A DNA stretch of 21,714 nucleotides, taken from IMG/VR virus record IMGVR_UViG_3300029643_000012; one strand, 5' to 3'. Position numbers and translations under genes: made by a program. Of this stretch, positions 1 to 9,284 are shown one piece after another. Under the pieces are notes generated by a model. The model was not told where the DNA came from and made no database searches. It saw only the letters and a list, made by a program, of their open reading frames with translations. The stretch is from a virus. Lineage: Duplodnaviria; Heunggongvirae; Uroviricota; Caudoviricetes. The stretch's first letter is position 1; the number at the start of each line of letters is the position of its first letter.

Positions 1-1097
1 TCCCAGGTCTCGCCCAGCGTGGTGTTCACAAAGGTTTTCAGGCCGTTGGGATCTTTCAGTGCATCCAGCCAGTCATAGACTATCTGTACCCAGGTGGTGA
101 ACGGACTGTACGCCGTCCAGATATGGAACGTGATGGAGCGCGGCGGCGGAATTTCATTATCCGCGGCGCTGAAAAACGTCAGACCGTCACGGGTCCACAT
201 CCCCGTGTTTTCACAGATCCACCGCCCGTTGCTCTGGTCAAGCTCAGACTGATGGATCACGCAGCCATGATGTTCACAGAGGTAGAAAACGCTTTCGGGG
301 CTGTCCTTCTCCCATTTAAGGCCAAAAGGCGTGGATTCATCGCCAAATTTCAGATACTGCTCCTCCCCACAGTGTGGGCAGGGCACATAAAAACGCATGA
401 AATGCGCCGACTCGTTGGCCGCTTTTTCGATCTGGCAGGTGCCTTTGATTTTAGGCGTCGAGCCGCGAATGGATTTGGGCCATACAGAGCCCTCAATACG
501 TTTATCCCCAAGCAGGGTTGGCGAACCCTCTTTTTCGACATCCGGTTCGAACGAGGAAAGTTCGTCATAGCAGACCACGTCCACGGATTTTTCACGGTAG
601 TTTTTAGCGGCAGCCCCGCCCAGGCACCAGAAGCCCACGCCCGATGAAAAACGTTTCAGCGTGAGGGTATTATCACGATGTTTACGCCCAAACCACGGTG
701 CAAGATCGAGTAAAACCGGCACATCCCTGATCGTGGGTTCCACATGAGATTTCATAAAATCTTCAGCAGCAGAATCCGTGGGCTGGAAAAGAAGGCTGTT
801 GCGTGATTTATGCTCAATAAAATAAGCCTCCACTCCCAGCAACATCTTTGTATAACCAACACGGGCAGATTTAATCAGATTAACAGTGCGGATCCGGTCA
901 TTCCCCATGCTGTTCATGATGGCAACCTGAAACGGCAGTGTTTCCCACCGCCCCGGGGTGTAAGATGACTCTTTCGGAAGGTAATAATGTCGATCTGCCC
1001 ACTGAACTGTCGTCAGAGGGACAGGAATTTTTAGCGCAAGGAGGCCGGTTGCTATCGCTCCTGCAGAATTAGCCGCCCTCAGTTCGTCTGAAATCAT
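1..1097 (-). CDS. A: Terminase large subunit gpA, N-terminal part (gene runs off the left edge of the window)
   Basis: Minus-strand translation reads [46 protein letters not shown]... and, at the window edge, [16 protein letters not shown]...[10 protein letters not shown]. Both closely resemble lambda gpA as I remember it. The start at 1097 overlaps the Nu1 3' end as in lambda. The plus-strand ORF 123..647 is its antisense shadow. Confidence 0.9.
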   Translation of the reverse strand, partial: MISDELRAANSAGAIATGLLALKIPVPLTTVQWADRHYYLPKESSYTPGRWETLPFQVAIMNSMGNDRIRTVNLIKSARVGYTKMLLGVEAYFIEHKSRNSLLFQPTDSAAEDFMKSHVEPTIRDVPVLLDLAPWFGRKHRDNTLTLKRFSSGVGFWCLGGAAAKNYREKSVDVVCYDELSSFEPDVEKEGSPTLLGDKRIEGSVWPKSIRGSTPKIKGTCQIEKAANESAHFMRFYVPCPHCGEEQYLKFGDESTPFGLKWEKDSPESVFYLCEHHGCVIHQSELDQSNGRWICENTGMWTRDGLTFFSAADNEIPPPRSITFHIWTAYSPFTTWVQIVYDWLDALKDPNGLKTFVNTTLGETW

Positions 1098-1617
1098 CAA
1101 TCCACCTGCGCACATTCTCACCGGCTTCAGAAGCCACATCGGATGCTTTCGCGATTTCAGTTTTCACAGCATCAAGATGTACGGGTGATATATCAGGGTA
1201 TTTACGCTGCAGTGTCTGAGGGACACGGACAAGGATCCCTGATATATTCTGTGCCACTCGCTGAAAGATGTAGGTAAATAACTCCGTCTCGAGGACAAGG
1301 CCTTCCTCACGAGCATTTTTCAGCTCCTGTGCATCGGCCTGTGCCTTCGTCAGTCGGTAACGTTCGTAATCAATGGTGCCGGGCTGAAGGTCTGATTCGC
1401 TGGCAGCCCTCAAATCCTCGATCTCTTTACGGAGTTTTTCGTTTTCAATATCAGCTTCCCTCTGCGCATACCACTGAATGGCAGCAGTTGTATCAAAAAC
1501 TGATTCAGTCCCTTTCCCTCCACCAGAAACTAGTGGTAACCCCTGACTCTGCCAGGCGGTGATGGTCCTGACATCAACGCCAAAAATATCGGCCAGTTTT
1601 TTCTTATTGACGTTCAT
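1069..1617 (-). CDS. nu1: Terminase small subunit Nu1
   Basis: 182 aa [39 protein letters not shown]...; winged-HTH N-terminus and ADIENEKLR...[25 protein letters not shown] core matching lambda Nu1; lies directly upstream of and overlapping gpA. Confidence 0.9.
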   Translation of the reverse strand: MNVNKKKLADIFGVDVRTITAWQSQGLPLVSGGGKGTESVFDTTAAIQWYAQREADIENEKLRKEIEDLRAASESDLQPGTIDYERYRLTKAQADAQELKNAREEGLVLETELFTYIFQRVAQNISGILVRVPQTLQRKYPDISPVHLDAVKTEIAKASDVASEAGENVRRWIDDFRRTEGG

Positions 1618-1619
1618 AC

Positions 1620-1830
1620 ACTCCCCCGGGAACCAGAAAGGATCTGAAAATGGCGTTTTCTAACAAAAACAGCCTTTGTCAGATCCTTTTATATTTTTAA
1701 AATTCTATTGATAATCAATCAGTTAAAAAGAAGAAGAACGGATCTGATTTTTCCCTAAAAATTTTCATAAATAGCGAAAACCCGCGAGGTCGCCGCCCCG
1801 TAACCGGTCGGATCGCCGGAAAGGACCCAC
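1620..1830 (-). promoter_or_regulatory. cos: cos region: cosN cohesive-end sequence at 1787..1798, with cosB expected between cosN and nu1
   Basis: The reverse complement of 1787..1798 is GGGCGGCGACCT, and the surrounding minus-strand sequence GGGCGGCGACCTCGCGGGTTTTCGCTATTTATGAAAATTTT matches the lambda left cohesive end as remembered. Position is immediately upstream of nu1. Confidence 0.8.
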
Positions 1831-1877
1831 GAAAATGATAATGATTATCATCTATATAAGGTTTATCACAACATGTG

Positions 1878-2315
1878 TGAACCGCCCCGGGAATCCTGGA
1901 GACTAAACTTCCTGAGAAAGAGGTAAACAGGATGACTAAAAATACTCGTTTTTCCCCCGAAGTCCGTCAACGGGCAGTCCGTATGGTTCTGGAAAGTCAG
2001 AGCGAATATGACTCACAATGGGCGACAATTTGTTCCATTGCTCCAAAGATTGGCTGTACGCCGGAGACTCTGCGTGTCTGGGTTCGCCAGCATGAGCGGG
2101 ATACCGGGGGCGGTGATGGAGGGCTCACCACCGCTGAACGTCAGCGTCTGAAAGAGCTGGAACGTGAAAATCGTGAACTGCGCCGCAGTAACGATATCCT
2201 TCGCCAGGCTTCCGCTTATTTTGCGAAGGCGGAGTTCGACCGCCTCTGGAAAAAATGATGCCACTGCTGGATAAGCTGCGTGAGCAGTACGGGGTCGGAC
2301 CGCTATGCAGCGAAC
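1878..2315 (+). mobile_element. Truncated IS3-family insertion sequence (IS629-like): left terminus, intact orfA, first ~19 codons of orfB
   Basis: Element starts TGAACCGCCCCGGG... at 1878. orfA translation matches IS629 OrfA as remembered. The next ORF begins [19 protein letters not shown] and then diverges into a stop after 28 codons, so the element is truncated near 2315 and no right inverted repeat is present. Confidence 0.7.
1932..2258 (+). CDS. IS3-family transposase OrfA (IS629-like)
   Basis: 108 aa; helix-turn-helix N-terminus and leucine-zipper-like C-terminus ([26 protein letters not shown]) typical of IS3-family OrfA. Confidence 0.8.
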   Translation: MTKNTRFSPEVRQRAVRMVLESQSEYDSQWATICSIAPKIGCTPETLRVWVRQHERDTGGGDGGLTTAERQRLKELERENRELRRSNDILRQASAYFAKAEFDRLWKK

Positions 2316-2418
2316 AATCAATTATGACGCAGGTATCGTATTAATTGATCTGCATCAAATTAACGTAAAAGCAACTTCAGATAATACAAATCAGCAACAC
2401 TGAATATGGGGAAACATT

Positions 2419-2604
2419 ATGTCATCAAAGAACAGAACCCGCAGAACAACAACCCGCAACATCCGATTTCCAAACCAGATGATTGAACAAATTAACATCG
2501 CTCTTGATCTGAAAGGTTCAGGAAACTTTTCAGCGTGGGTTATTGAAGCCTGCAGAAGAAGGCTGTCAACAGAGAGTTCGGGTATGAATTACATAATTAA
2601 GTAA
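2419..2604 (+). CDS. Small YlcI/YnfO-like prophage protein (DUF3950-like, possible ribbon-helix-helix fold)
   Basis: 61 aa ORF MSSKNRTRRTTTRNIRFPNQMIEQINIALDLKGSGNFSAWVIEACRRRL...; resembles small proteins found next to lysis genes in E. coli lambdoid prophages. Assigned from memory only. Confidence 0.45.
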   Translation: MSSKNRTRRTTTRNIRFPNQMIEQINIALDLKGSGNFSAWVIEACRRRLSTESSGMNYIIK

Positions 2605-3227
2605 CATGGTGTTCACAGAACACGCAGTTACCGGACACATCAGTTTTCCATTCGCTCCCCGGCAGTACAGGCTTCCCCTCTGACGGGATAGCCTGAAAAA
2701 ATAACACAGAAAATTATTTGTTATAATTAATATAACTTACTCAAAAAAAAGCGACGAGAAAATCAGCATCAACGAACAATAAGCGCCAATACGTGATAAC
2801 AAATGGCAGCCATATTTATCTGCAGTATAAGCAATGGACAGGATAACCACACCAGAAACCGTCAGCATAAAATCCACTTGAACTTCCCCGGACAAAATCG
2901 ACTCATCTAAAGATTTACAGCTCTTTTTATTATCAATATGTTAAAAGTAAAATAAACAGATGTTCAATAACACGAATACAAAAACGTGCTGAAATTCAAT
3001 GAATCCATTTCTGTGTCATCAATTAATAGTGATAAACATCCGGTTTCTTCCACCATCGCACCGGACAGGCGACTATGAGGGGACAACGCCGCGCTCCGTT
3101 AACGCGGTAAACCCCGGTGTGTATCGTTTTTGATTATCCCCGCACACTCGCGCAGAGGAGTCTCCCTGTCGGGCTGCGGTCTCTGTTAATGAGGGAATAC
3201 AGCGACGATACGGCGCATCAACAAAAC

Positions 3228-3695
3228 TTATTTCAGGCACTGAGTACGGATATATTCCTGCGCCCCTTCCAGTTGCTTCTGCATCGTCATCAGCCGCTCT
3301 CTGAGGGTGAAATAATCCCGTGTAACGGTGTCTGCCAGTTGGGGGCCGGTTGCATTATCCACGCGGGCGGTGCCGGTGGCTTCACGCACGGGACCTGGAC
3401 AGGTGGCGTTGATACGCAGGCGCTTACGACCAGCGGCAACGTCAGCGCGAAGAGTTTCATTTTCAGCTTTCGCATCAGCTAACTCCTTCGTGTATTTTGC
3501 ATCGAGCGCAGCAACATCACGCTGACGCATCTGTATGTCAGTAATTACCGCGTTCGCCAGCGTCAGTTCTCTGGCATTTTTGTCGCGCTGGGCTTTGTAG
3601 GTAATGGCGTTATCACGGTAATGATTAACAGCCCATGACAGGCAGACGATGATGCAGATAACCAGAGCGGAGATAATCGCGGTTACTCTGTTCAT
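3228..3695 (-). CDS. Rz: Spanin inner-membrane subunit Rz (i-spanin)
   Basis: Translation [43 protein letters not shown]... closely matches lambda Rz. Start at the internal ATG (3695) gives an ATGA overlap with the endolysin stop. Confidence 0.9.
   Translation of the reverse strand: MNRVTAIISALVICIIVCLSWAVNHYRDNAITYKAQRDKNARELTLANAVITDIQMRQRDVAALDAKYTKELADAKAENETLRADVAAGRKRLRINATCPGPVREATGTARVDNATGPQLADTVTRDYFTLRERLMTMQKQLEGAQEYIRTQCLK
3290..3475 (-). CDS. Rz1: Spanin outer-membrane lipoprotein Rz1 (o-spanin), embedded in Rz in another frame
   Basis: 61 aa [25 protein letters not shown]...[19 protein letters not shown]; lipobox LVVSAC and proline-rich body matching lambda Rz1; fully inside Rz. 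Confidence 0.85.
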   Translation of the reverse strand: MRKLKMKLFALTLPLVVSACVSTPPVQVPCVKPPAPPAWIMQPAPNWQTPLHGIISPSESG

Positions 3696-4189
3696 TGCTG
3701 ACCCCACAAACAGATTTCACGCTCAATCTCACGACGAGTCATGAGACCTTTCCATTGCTTACCGCCAGCATATGTCCAGCGACGTAGCTGATCACATGCG
3801 CCTTTGATATCGCCCTGGTTTATTTTGCGAAGAAGCGTCGATGTTCTGAAATTGCCAGCACCCACGTTGTAAACGAATGAGTAAAGAGCGCCGCGCATTG
3901 TTTCCGGTATATCGACTTTGATGTACGGGTTAATTTGTCTGGCGACCGTGGCAAGGTCTTTATTCAGGAGGGCTTTGCATTCTGCTTTGGTATACGTTTT
4001 ACCGAGCATGATGTCTTTTCCTGTATGCCCGTGACATACAGTCCATACACCAACAATATCTTTGTATGGTATGTAGCTGACACCTTCCAGACCATCGTTA
4101 CCACTTGGGCCAGTGATTAACACTGATGCTATAGCAATTGCTCCGCCACCAATAGCAGCAGCAACGGCTTTTCGTAATGATGGAGGCAT
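3692..4189 (-). CDS. R: SAR endolysin, phage 21 R21-type lysozyme (not the lambda R transglycosylase)
   Basis: 165 aa starting [27 protein letters not shown] (Gly/Ala-rich signal-anchor-release domain) followed by a T4-lysozyme-like body; matches phage 21 R as remembered. Confidence 0.9.
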   Translation of the reverse strand: MPPSLRKAVAAAIGGGAIAIASVLITGPSGNDGLEGVSYIPYKDIVGVWTVCHGHTGKDIMLGKTYTKAECKALLNKDLATVARQINPYIKVDIPETMRGALYSFVYNVGAGNFRTSTLLRKINQGDIKGACDQLRRWTYAGGKQWKGLMTRREIEREICLWGQQ

Positions 4190-4404
4190 TATTCACCTCT
4201 CGCAGCCTTGCGCTTATCTTCTTTAATCTTGAAATAAAGGTTTGTCAGGTACGTCAGCAGGCCAAATACCAGGCTACCCAGCACACCTATTGCCGCCCAC
4301 TGTGAGGGCGTGACTTTATCGAGCAACTGTAAAAACCAGTACCCGGCACTACCTGCTGAGGTACCATAGGCGACACCCGTTGTTAACTTATCCATGGATT
4401 TCAT
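4189..4404 (-). CDS. S: Pinholin S21 with dual-start motif (Met1 antiholin / Met4 holin)
   Basis: 71 aa [29 protein letters not shown]...[35 protein letters not shown]; two TM segments, M-K-S-M dual start; matches phage 21 S. Confidence 0.9.
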
Positions 4405-4542
4405 AACCCCACCTCGCAGACAAAGCGGGTGTAAATTAAGGGGATACTACGTATCGCAATAAAGGCAGAAACGTAACAGATTCGGAGTCAGTGAATAACT
4501 CAGGTATTGGGTTATCAGCTAATATCGAGACTCAAAAAATGG

Positions 4543-4566
4543 AAAAACCCGCTCGACGGCGGGTTT
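4543..4566 (-). terminator. Rho-independent terminator on the minus strand just upstream of S (candidate tR'-type late-leader terminator)
   Basis: Minus-strand reading AACCCGCCGTCGAGCGGGTTT followed by TTCCATTTTTTG: a GC-rich hairpin and a U-run. Confidence 0.6.
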
Positions 4567-4992
4567 AAGCTGTGTGACGAAGTAACCACTCTTAACAGCA
4601 TAACCAATTTTTTACGTACGTAAACTACTAAATGATATTTGTGAGAATGCCACCGAGTGTTCAAAACACCACCACAAATGCATAAGAAAACTTCAACAAA
4701 TAACCAGTTAATAATTTCCAATGTTATTTTTAGTTTGTTTAAATTAAGCTAAAGAATTATAGAGCACTTATAAATAAGTGCCATTAATATAAATTAGCTA
4801 ATAGATTTATTTTTGTTCAGACAAGAGCCATGAATAGGATTAGATAGAAAAGGTTCAGATAAAAATAGAGATCTACTTCACAAATTAAATGAGAAACTAA
4901 AACTTACATCTTGAAATAATCACATTGATTAGATGAATATTTATCGCGCAGTGACATCATTTTTTAATAATAGTTCAAAAAAAGGGCGTACA

Positions 4993-6075
4993 ATGAAAAA
5001 ATTAACAGTGGCAATTTCTGCTGTAGCTGCATCAGTACTGATGGCGATGTCTGCTCAGGCAGCTGAAATTTATAATAAAGACAGTAACAAGCTGGATCTA
5101 TACGGGAAAGTTAATGCCAAGCACTACTTCTCCTCTAATGATGCAGATGATGGTGATACTACTTATGCCCGTCTTGGCTTCAAAGGTGAAACCCAAATCA
5201 ACGATCAACTGACTGGTTTCGGTCAGTGGGAATATGAATTCAAAGGCAACCGTGCTGAATCTCAAGGTTCTTCCAAAGACAAAACCCGTCTTGCATTTGC
5301 AGGCCTGAAATTTGGTGATTACGGCTCAATCGATTACGGCCGTAACTACGGTGTAGCATACGACATCGGTGCGTGGACTGACGTTCTGCCAGAATTCGGT
5401 GGTGATACCTGGACCCAAACAGATGTGTTCATGACTGGTCGCACTACTGGTGTTGCAACTTATCGTAACAACGACTTCTTTGGTCTGGTCGATGGCCTGA
5501 ACTTTGCTGCTCAGTATCAGGGTAAAAATGACCGCACTGACGTAACTGAAGCCAATGGTGATGGTTTCGGTTTCTCCACTACTTATGAGTATGAAGGATT
5601 CGGCGTGGGTGCAACCTATGCTAAATCAGATCGCACTGACGGTCAGGTCGCCTATGGTAAGAGCAAATTCAATGCCTCCGGCAAAAATGCGGAAGTATGG
5701 GCTGCAGGCCTGAAATATGATGCGAACAATATCTATCTGGCTACCACATATTCTGAAACTCAGAATATGACCGTTTTTGGTAATAACCATATTGCAAACA
5801 AAGCACAAAACTTTGAAGCAGTAGCACAATATCAGTTTGACTTCGGTCTGCGTCCATCTGTTGCTTACCTTCAGTCAAAAGGTAAAGACCTTGGTGTTCA
5901 TGGTGACCGAGACTTAGTCAAGTATGTCGATGTCGGTGCTACTTACTACTTTAATAAAAACATGTCCACTTTTGTTGATTACAAAATCAACTTAATTGAC
6001 GATAGTAAGTTTACCAAAACAGCTGGTATTGATACCGACGACATCGTCGCTGTAGGTCTGGTTTATCAGTTCTAA
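4993..6075 (+). CDS. Outer-membrane general porin of the OmpC/OmpF/NmpC (phage Lc-type) family; lysogenic-conversion moron
   Basis: Signal peptide [23 protein letters not shown] then [17 protein letters not shown]..., ending ...VAVGLVYQF (C-terminal Phe typical of porins). Plus strand between Q and the lysis genes, as for nmpC in DLP12 and lc in PA-2. The track ORF begins at 4933 but the ATG at 4993 fits a signal peptide. Confidence 0.9.
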   Translation: MKKLTVAISAVAASVLMAMSAQAAEIYNKDSNKLDLYGKVNAKHYFSSNDADDGDTTYARLGFKGETQINDQLTGFGQWEYEFKGNRAESQGSSKDKTRLAFAGLKFGDYGSIDYGRNYGVAYDIGAWTDVLPEFGGDTWTQTDVFMTGRTTGVATYRNNDFFGLVDGLNFAAQYQGKNDRTDVTEANGDGFGFSTTYEYEGFGVGATYAKSDRTDGQVAYGKSKFNASGKNAEVWAAGLKYDANNIYLATTYSETQNMTVFGNNHIANKAQNFEAVAQYQFDFGLRPSVAYLQSKGKDLGVHGDRDLVKYVDVGATYYFNKNMSTFVDYKINLIDDSKFTKTAGIDTDDIVAVGLVYQF

Positions 6076-6093
6076 TCTGACTTACGAAAAAGA

Positions 6094-6128
6094 TATGTTG
6101 CGGGAGGCTTTGCCTCCGCAACATATAA
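6094..6128 (-). terminator. Hairpin plus U-run on the minus strand downstream of Q (candidate tR' of the Q-dependent late leader)
   Basis: Minus strand reads ATATGTTGCGGAGGC-AAAG-CCTCCCGCAACATAT followed by CTTTTTCG. Confidence 0.45.
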
Positions 6129-6213
6129 GTGGAGCCCTCAAGCCACTTCCTTTAGAAGCACTACCTTGCTTCTTACTATATAAACCTTCTGTTATATATT
6201 ACCCTTTATTTTG

Positions 6214-6237
6214 GGGGCGTTTCCACGCCCCATTTTT
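6214..6237 (+). terminator. Rho-independent terminator downstream of the porin gene
   Basis: GGGGCGT-TTCC-ACGCCCC followed by ATTTTT on the plus strand. Confidence 0.55.
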
Positions 6238-6263
6238 AATAACTTTTAGTAAACAATTGCATA

Positions 6264-6647
6264 TCAATTAGAATTATTAGCAACGATATCCATATCTAAC
6301 CGGATATCTAATGCCATTAACATCCCTTCAATTATGCCCTCAGCCTTCTGTAACCTTTTCCCGATATAACCATCCGAGCAGCAATGCTTACTTGCCAGTG
6401 ACATGAATGTCATACCACATACATAATAATCTACTAATAAATCGTGTAAATCGCTGTTGTTCTTTTTCAGACGGGCCATGCACCCGCAAATGATCATCGC
6501 GTCATCGTCACAACATTGCGGGCGAGATTTTACTTTTGAAGGAATTAATCCCTTAAAACCGGCGGCAATGGACGACCAGGTCACATCTTCATGATTATTA
6601 GCCGCCCACGCACCCCAACGCTCAAGAACCATCTGAATATCACGCAT
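6264..6647 (-). CDS. Q: Late-gene antiterminator Q (QuuD / phage-82-type)
   Basis: Translation [24 protein letters not shown]...[16 protein letters not shown]... with the Cys-rich zinc-binding region of this Q family; position between the nin region and the lysis genes. The track ORF extends to 6662; the internal Met gives a 127 aa product. Confidence 0.85.
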   Translation of the reverse strand: MRDIQMVLERWGAWAANNHEDVTWSSIAAGFKGLIPSKVKSRPQCCDDDAMIICGCMARLKKNNSDLHDLLVDYYVCGMTFMSLASKHCCSDGYIGKRLQKAEGIIEGMLMALDIRLDMDIVANNSN

Positions 6648-6732
6648 CAACTTACTCCACAAAAATCAGACCAGAACGCCAATTACAAGCAAAAATCAAC
6701 AAAACAGTATTAGTTGATTGTTATCTCTGACT

Positions 6733-6856
6733 TCATACTCCTGTTCCTGTCAGGGTTTTGGCGTAATTCTTCAGTATTCGGTAATCGGTCAAAACAGAAC
6801 CGAGGAAACGATATAAGCGCAGACGCCCCCAGCGGTGGCGAAGAAGTTCTGCCATA
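6733..6856 (-). CDS. Small ORF between rusA and Q (YlcG-like, 40 aa)
   Basis: Minus-strand ATG at 6856; MAELLRHRWGRLRLYRFLGSVLTDYRILKNYAKTLTGTGV; same position as ylcG in DLP12. Below the track size cut-off, found by hand. Confidence 0.35.
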
Positions 6857-6869
6857 TTAAACTCAAACA

Positions 6870-7232
6870 TCATTCATTCCCCATTTCGGTGATGGTCAGT
6901 TCCAGCCTCCCACCTTTGGTAACAGGCATCTTCACAACGCGGTAATCAACGACCTGAGCATCATCCAGCCAGAAACCTGCTTTAGTGAGTGCGTCAAAAG
7001 CGGCTTTTTGCAGATTATCCAGGTCACGGCGACGGCGATCCGGCATGTGGCACTCAATGCGGATTTTCACAGGCATAGCCAGGCCGATATCCAGCATTGC
7101 GTTTTTAATGATTCGGGCGACGTTATCGCGGTATGCCTGCCCCTCTGCGCTGACGTGCGTGCGCCCGCGATTATGGCGGTAATAGCGATTATTGCTCGGA
7201 GGCCAGGGTAATGTGATGCTGTAGGTATTCAC
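6870..7232 (-). CDS. rusA: Holliday-junction resolvase RusA
   Basis: 120 aa [41 protein letters not shown]...; essentially the E. coli RusA sequence as remembered; GTG start overlapping the upstream stop. Confidence 0.95.
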   Translation of the reverse strand: MNTYSITLPWPPSNNRYYRHNRGRTHVSAEGQAYRDNVARIIKNAMLDIGLAMPVKIRIECHMPDRRRRDLDNLQKAAFDALTKAGFWLDDAQVVDYRVVKMPVTKGGRLELTITEMGNE

Positions 7233-7357
7233 GCCTTAATAACCCCCTCTTTCAGCCACATAACCTGTGTTCTCGCCATACCTTCCAGCGCGCATTCTTT
7301 TGCATATGCAGCATCGACTTGCTTGGCATGCCCTTTACCGGCAATCTTCTGTATGCG
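7229..7357 (-). pseudogene. 3' remnant of a YbcO-like (DUF1364) gene abutting rusA
   Basis: The 42 codons before rusA read ...[29 protein letters not shown], matching the C-terminus of YbcO as remembered, but the frame is closed by in-frame TAG codons immediately upstream and has no plausible start. Confidence 0.4.
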
Positions 7358-7438
7358 CTAAACCTAGATAGAATCCACTCTGTGCACATTGAAGCCCGCT
7401 CTATGCTTTCTTTCAGGTATTGAAGGGATTGAGATGGG

Positions 7439-7786
7439 CTAAGCATTATTGGCCTCCTGCATCAGGAGAAAGACAATCATGGCGGCGCGGAGAGGTCTGG
7501 TATCAAATATTGGGCTTACGCCTTTTGCATCCACACACCATTCAGTTAACTGGTCTAAGATAGAAATCCTGTATTTCTCAATAATCGGCCATGAAGCGCT
7601 CGGATCATTGCAGTAGTCAGGCAAATGATTTAATGGCTCAAAAGTTGTATCAGCATTTCCGTAATACCATTTGTTGGTGTTATTCCCTGATGTTTCCGGT
7701 TTACTTGCCCAAAGGCCTTTAAAAATTATGTCTCCTACCATTCTGTTAATTTCAAAATCACTTAACTGTGAATAATCCATTGTCAT
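7439..7786 (-). CDS. Hypothetical nin-region protein (about 115 aa)
   Basis: [34 protein letters not shown]...; start ATG at 7786 forms an ATGA overlap with the ninE stop, suggesting translational coupling. No family recognised. Confidence 0.5.
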   Translation of the reverse strand: MTMDYSQLSDFEINRMVGDIIFKGLWASKPETSGNNTNKWYYGNADTTFEPLNHLPDYCNDPSASWPIIEKYRISILDQLTEWCVDAKGVSPIFDTRPLRAAMIVFLLMQEANNA

Positions 7787-7959
7787 TTCCTCGCACGATA
7801 TCTTAGCCACCGGATATCCCACAGGTGGGCTGTGTAATTGAAGGTTTTTACGTCAGATTCTTTTGGGATTAGCTTGCGTTTATTTCTGGAGCGTTTCGTT
7901 GGAAGGTATTTGCAGTTTTCGCAGATTATGTCGGTGATGCTTCGTCGCTGTCGTCTCAT
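7783..7959 (-). CDS. ninE: NinE
   Basis: Internal-start product [58 protein letters not shown] (58 aa) matching lambdoid NinE; ATGA overlap with the upstream gene. Confidence 0.75.
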   Translation of the reverse strand: MRRQRRSITDIICENCKYLPTKRSRNKRKLIPKESDVKTFNYTAHLWDIRWLRYRARK

Positions 7960-8483
7960 GCAGCCCTCCTGACGCCCTGCCCGATCGCCATCAATGCCGC
8001 TTTGGATACGGTAGTAAACATCCGTCGAGGACTGATGAACGGTCGCCAAATCAGCAGCATGGAGCCTTTGCTGTTTCCCTTCTTCTCCAGCCCTGTCGAT
8101 GGTTCGATAAAATTAATCCGTCCATCAGTGATAATACGAACTTCGTCAACACTCTCCAGAGCCTTGCTGAACCATCCGACAGACATATCCTCTGGCACAA
8201 GCATCACTACCGTCTGTCGCTGTTGTATACACTGCTCAGCGGCTTTTTCCACCCACGGCCTGATATTGCTGTACGGTGGGTTATTCCAGATTGCACCGTG
8301 GCTTACCCACTCAGAATTGAGCGCGTCGTCGTCCTCAGTTAGCCAGTGAGCGCACAGAGCATTTTTGTCGCTCGCTGCCGAATCCAGCCAGAATCCAAAC
8401 TCAATATCCAGTGCATCAAAAAGCCAAAGCGGCGTTTGCCAGCAGTCCTTGTCGTGTGCTGGCGTATTTGATTTGATAGTCAT
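7956..8483 (-). CDS. Phage-type DNA N6-adenine methyltransferase (orphan, Dam-like)
   Basis: Contains the catalytic NPPY motif (AIWNNPPYS); likely start [26 protein letters not shown]...; no adjacent restriction endonuclease gene. Confidence 0.7.
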   Translation of the reverse strand: MTIKSNTPAHDKDCWQTPLWLFDALDIEFGFWLDSAASDKNALCAHWLTEDDDALNSEWVSHGAIWNNPPYSNIRPWVEKAAEQCIQQRQTVVMLVPEDMSVGWFSKALESVDEVRIITDGRINFIEPSTGLEKKGNSKGSMLLIWRPFISPRRMFTTVSKAALMAIGQGVRRAA

Positions 8484-8920
8484 GCAGCCCGATCTCCCCA
8501 TCGCGCTTTCCATTCGAGAGCCAGTCGCGCTTCGTCTGACCACTTAACGCCACGCTCTGTACCGAATGCCTGTATAAGCTCTAATAGCTCCGCAAATTCG
8601 CTTACACGCATCCTGCTGGTTGACTGGCCTATTACCACAAAGCCATTCCCGGCAAGGTTAGGAACAACATCCTGCTGCTTTAATGCTGCGGTAAACACAC
8701 ACTTCCAGCTTTCTGCATCCAGCCAGCGACCATGCCATTCAACCTGACGAGAGACGTCACCTAAGCAGGCCCATAGCTTCCTGTTTTGGTCTAAGCTGCG
8801 GTTGCGTTCCTGAATGGTTACTACGATTGGTTTGGTTGGGTCTGGAAGGATTTGCTGTACTGCGTGAATAGCGTTTTGCTGATGTGCCGGAGATCGAATT
8901 TCAAAGGTTAGTTTTTTCAT
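8480..8920 (-). CDS. ninB: NinB (Orf-family recombination mediator)
   Basis: MKKLTFEIRSPAHQQNAIHAVQQILPDPTKPIVVTIQERNRSLDQNRKLWACLGDVSRQVEWHG... closely matches lambda NinB. Confidence 0.85.
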   Translation of the reverse strand: MKKLTFEIRSPAHQQNAIHAVQQILPDPTKPIVVTIQERNRSLDQNRKLWACLGDVSRQVEWHGRWLDAESWKCVFTAALKQQDVVPNLAGNGFVVIGQSTSRMRVSEFAELLELIQAFGTERGVKWSDEARLALEWKARWGDRAA

Positions 8921-8993
8921 GACTTCCCTCTCCCCCAAATAAAAAGGCCTGCGATTACCTGCAGGCCTGTTATTAGCTCAGTGATGTAGATGG

Positions 8994-9284
8994 TCATCTT
9001 TTAACTCCATATACCGCCAATATCCGTTTCATCGTGGCACTCTGGCGACACTCCTTAAAAATCAGGTTCGTGCTCATCTTTCCTTCCCGTTCTTCCTTGG
9101 TAGCAAACCGGTAATACACCGTTCGCCAGACCTTACCTTCGATAACCAGAAGACCTGCCCGTGCCATTTTAGCCGCGGCCTGATTTATGCTGGTTACTGT
9201 TGCGCCTGTTAGCGCGGCAACGTCCGGCGCACAGAAGCTATTATGCGTCCCCAGGTAATGAATAATTGCCTCTTTGCCCGTCAT
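8994..9284 (-). CDS. ren: Ren
   Basis: 96 aa MTGKEAIIHYLGTHNSFCAPDVAALTG... matching lambda Ren; directly downstream of P. Confidence 0.8.
   Translation of the reverse strand: MTGKEAIIHYLGTHNSFCAPDVAALTGATVTSINQAAAKMARAGLLVIEGKVWRTVYYRFATKEEREGKMSTNLIFKECRQSATMKRILAVYGVKR

Noticed and set aside
123-647. 174 aa plus-strand ORF
   Set aside because: Lies entirely antisense within the terminase large-subunit gene, whose minus-strand translation matches gpA; Arg-rich low-complexity translation typical of a shadow ORF.
3117-3525. Plus-strand ORFs 3117..3482 and 3328..3525
   Set aside because: Antisense to the Rz/Rz1 genes, which are well supported.
4515-4721. 68 aa minus-strand ORF between the porin gene and S
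   Set aside because: Spans the terminator hairpin and AT-rich promoter-like DNA; no ribosome-binding site; looks like regulatory leader rather than coding.
7252-7446. 64 aa minus-strand ORF upstream of rusA
   Set aside because: Trp/Arg-rich junk-like translation in a different frame from the YbcO-like remnant that is coupled to the rusA start.
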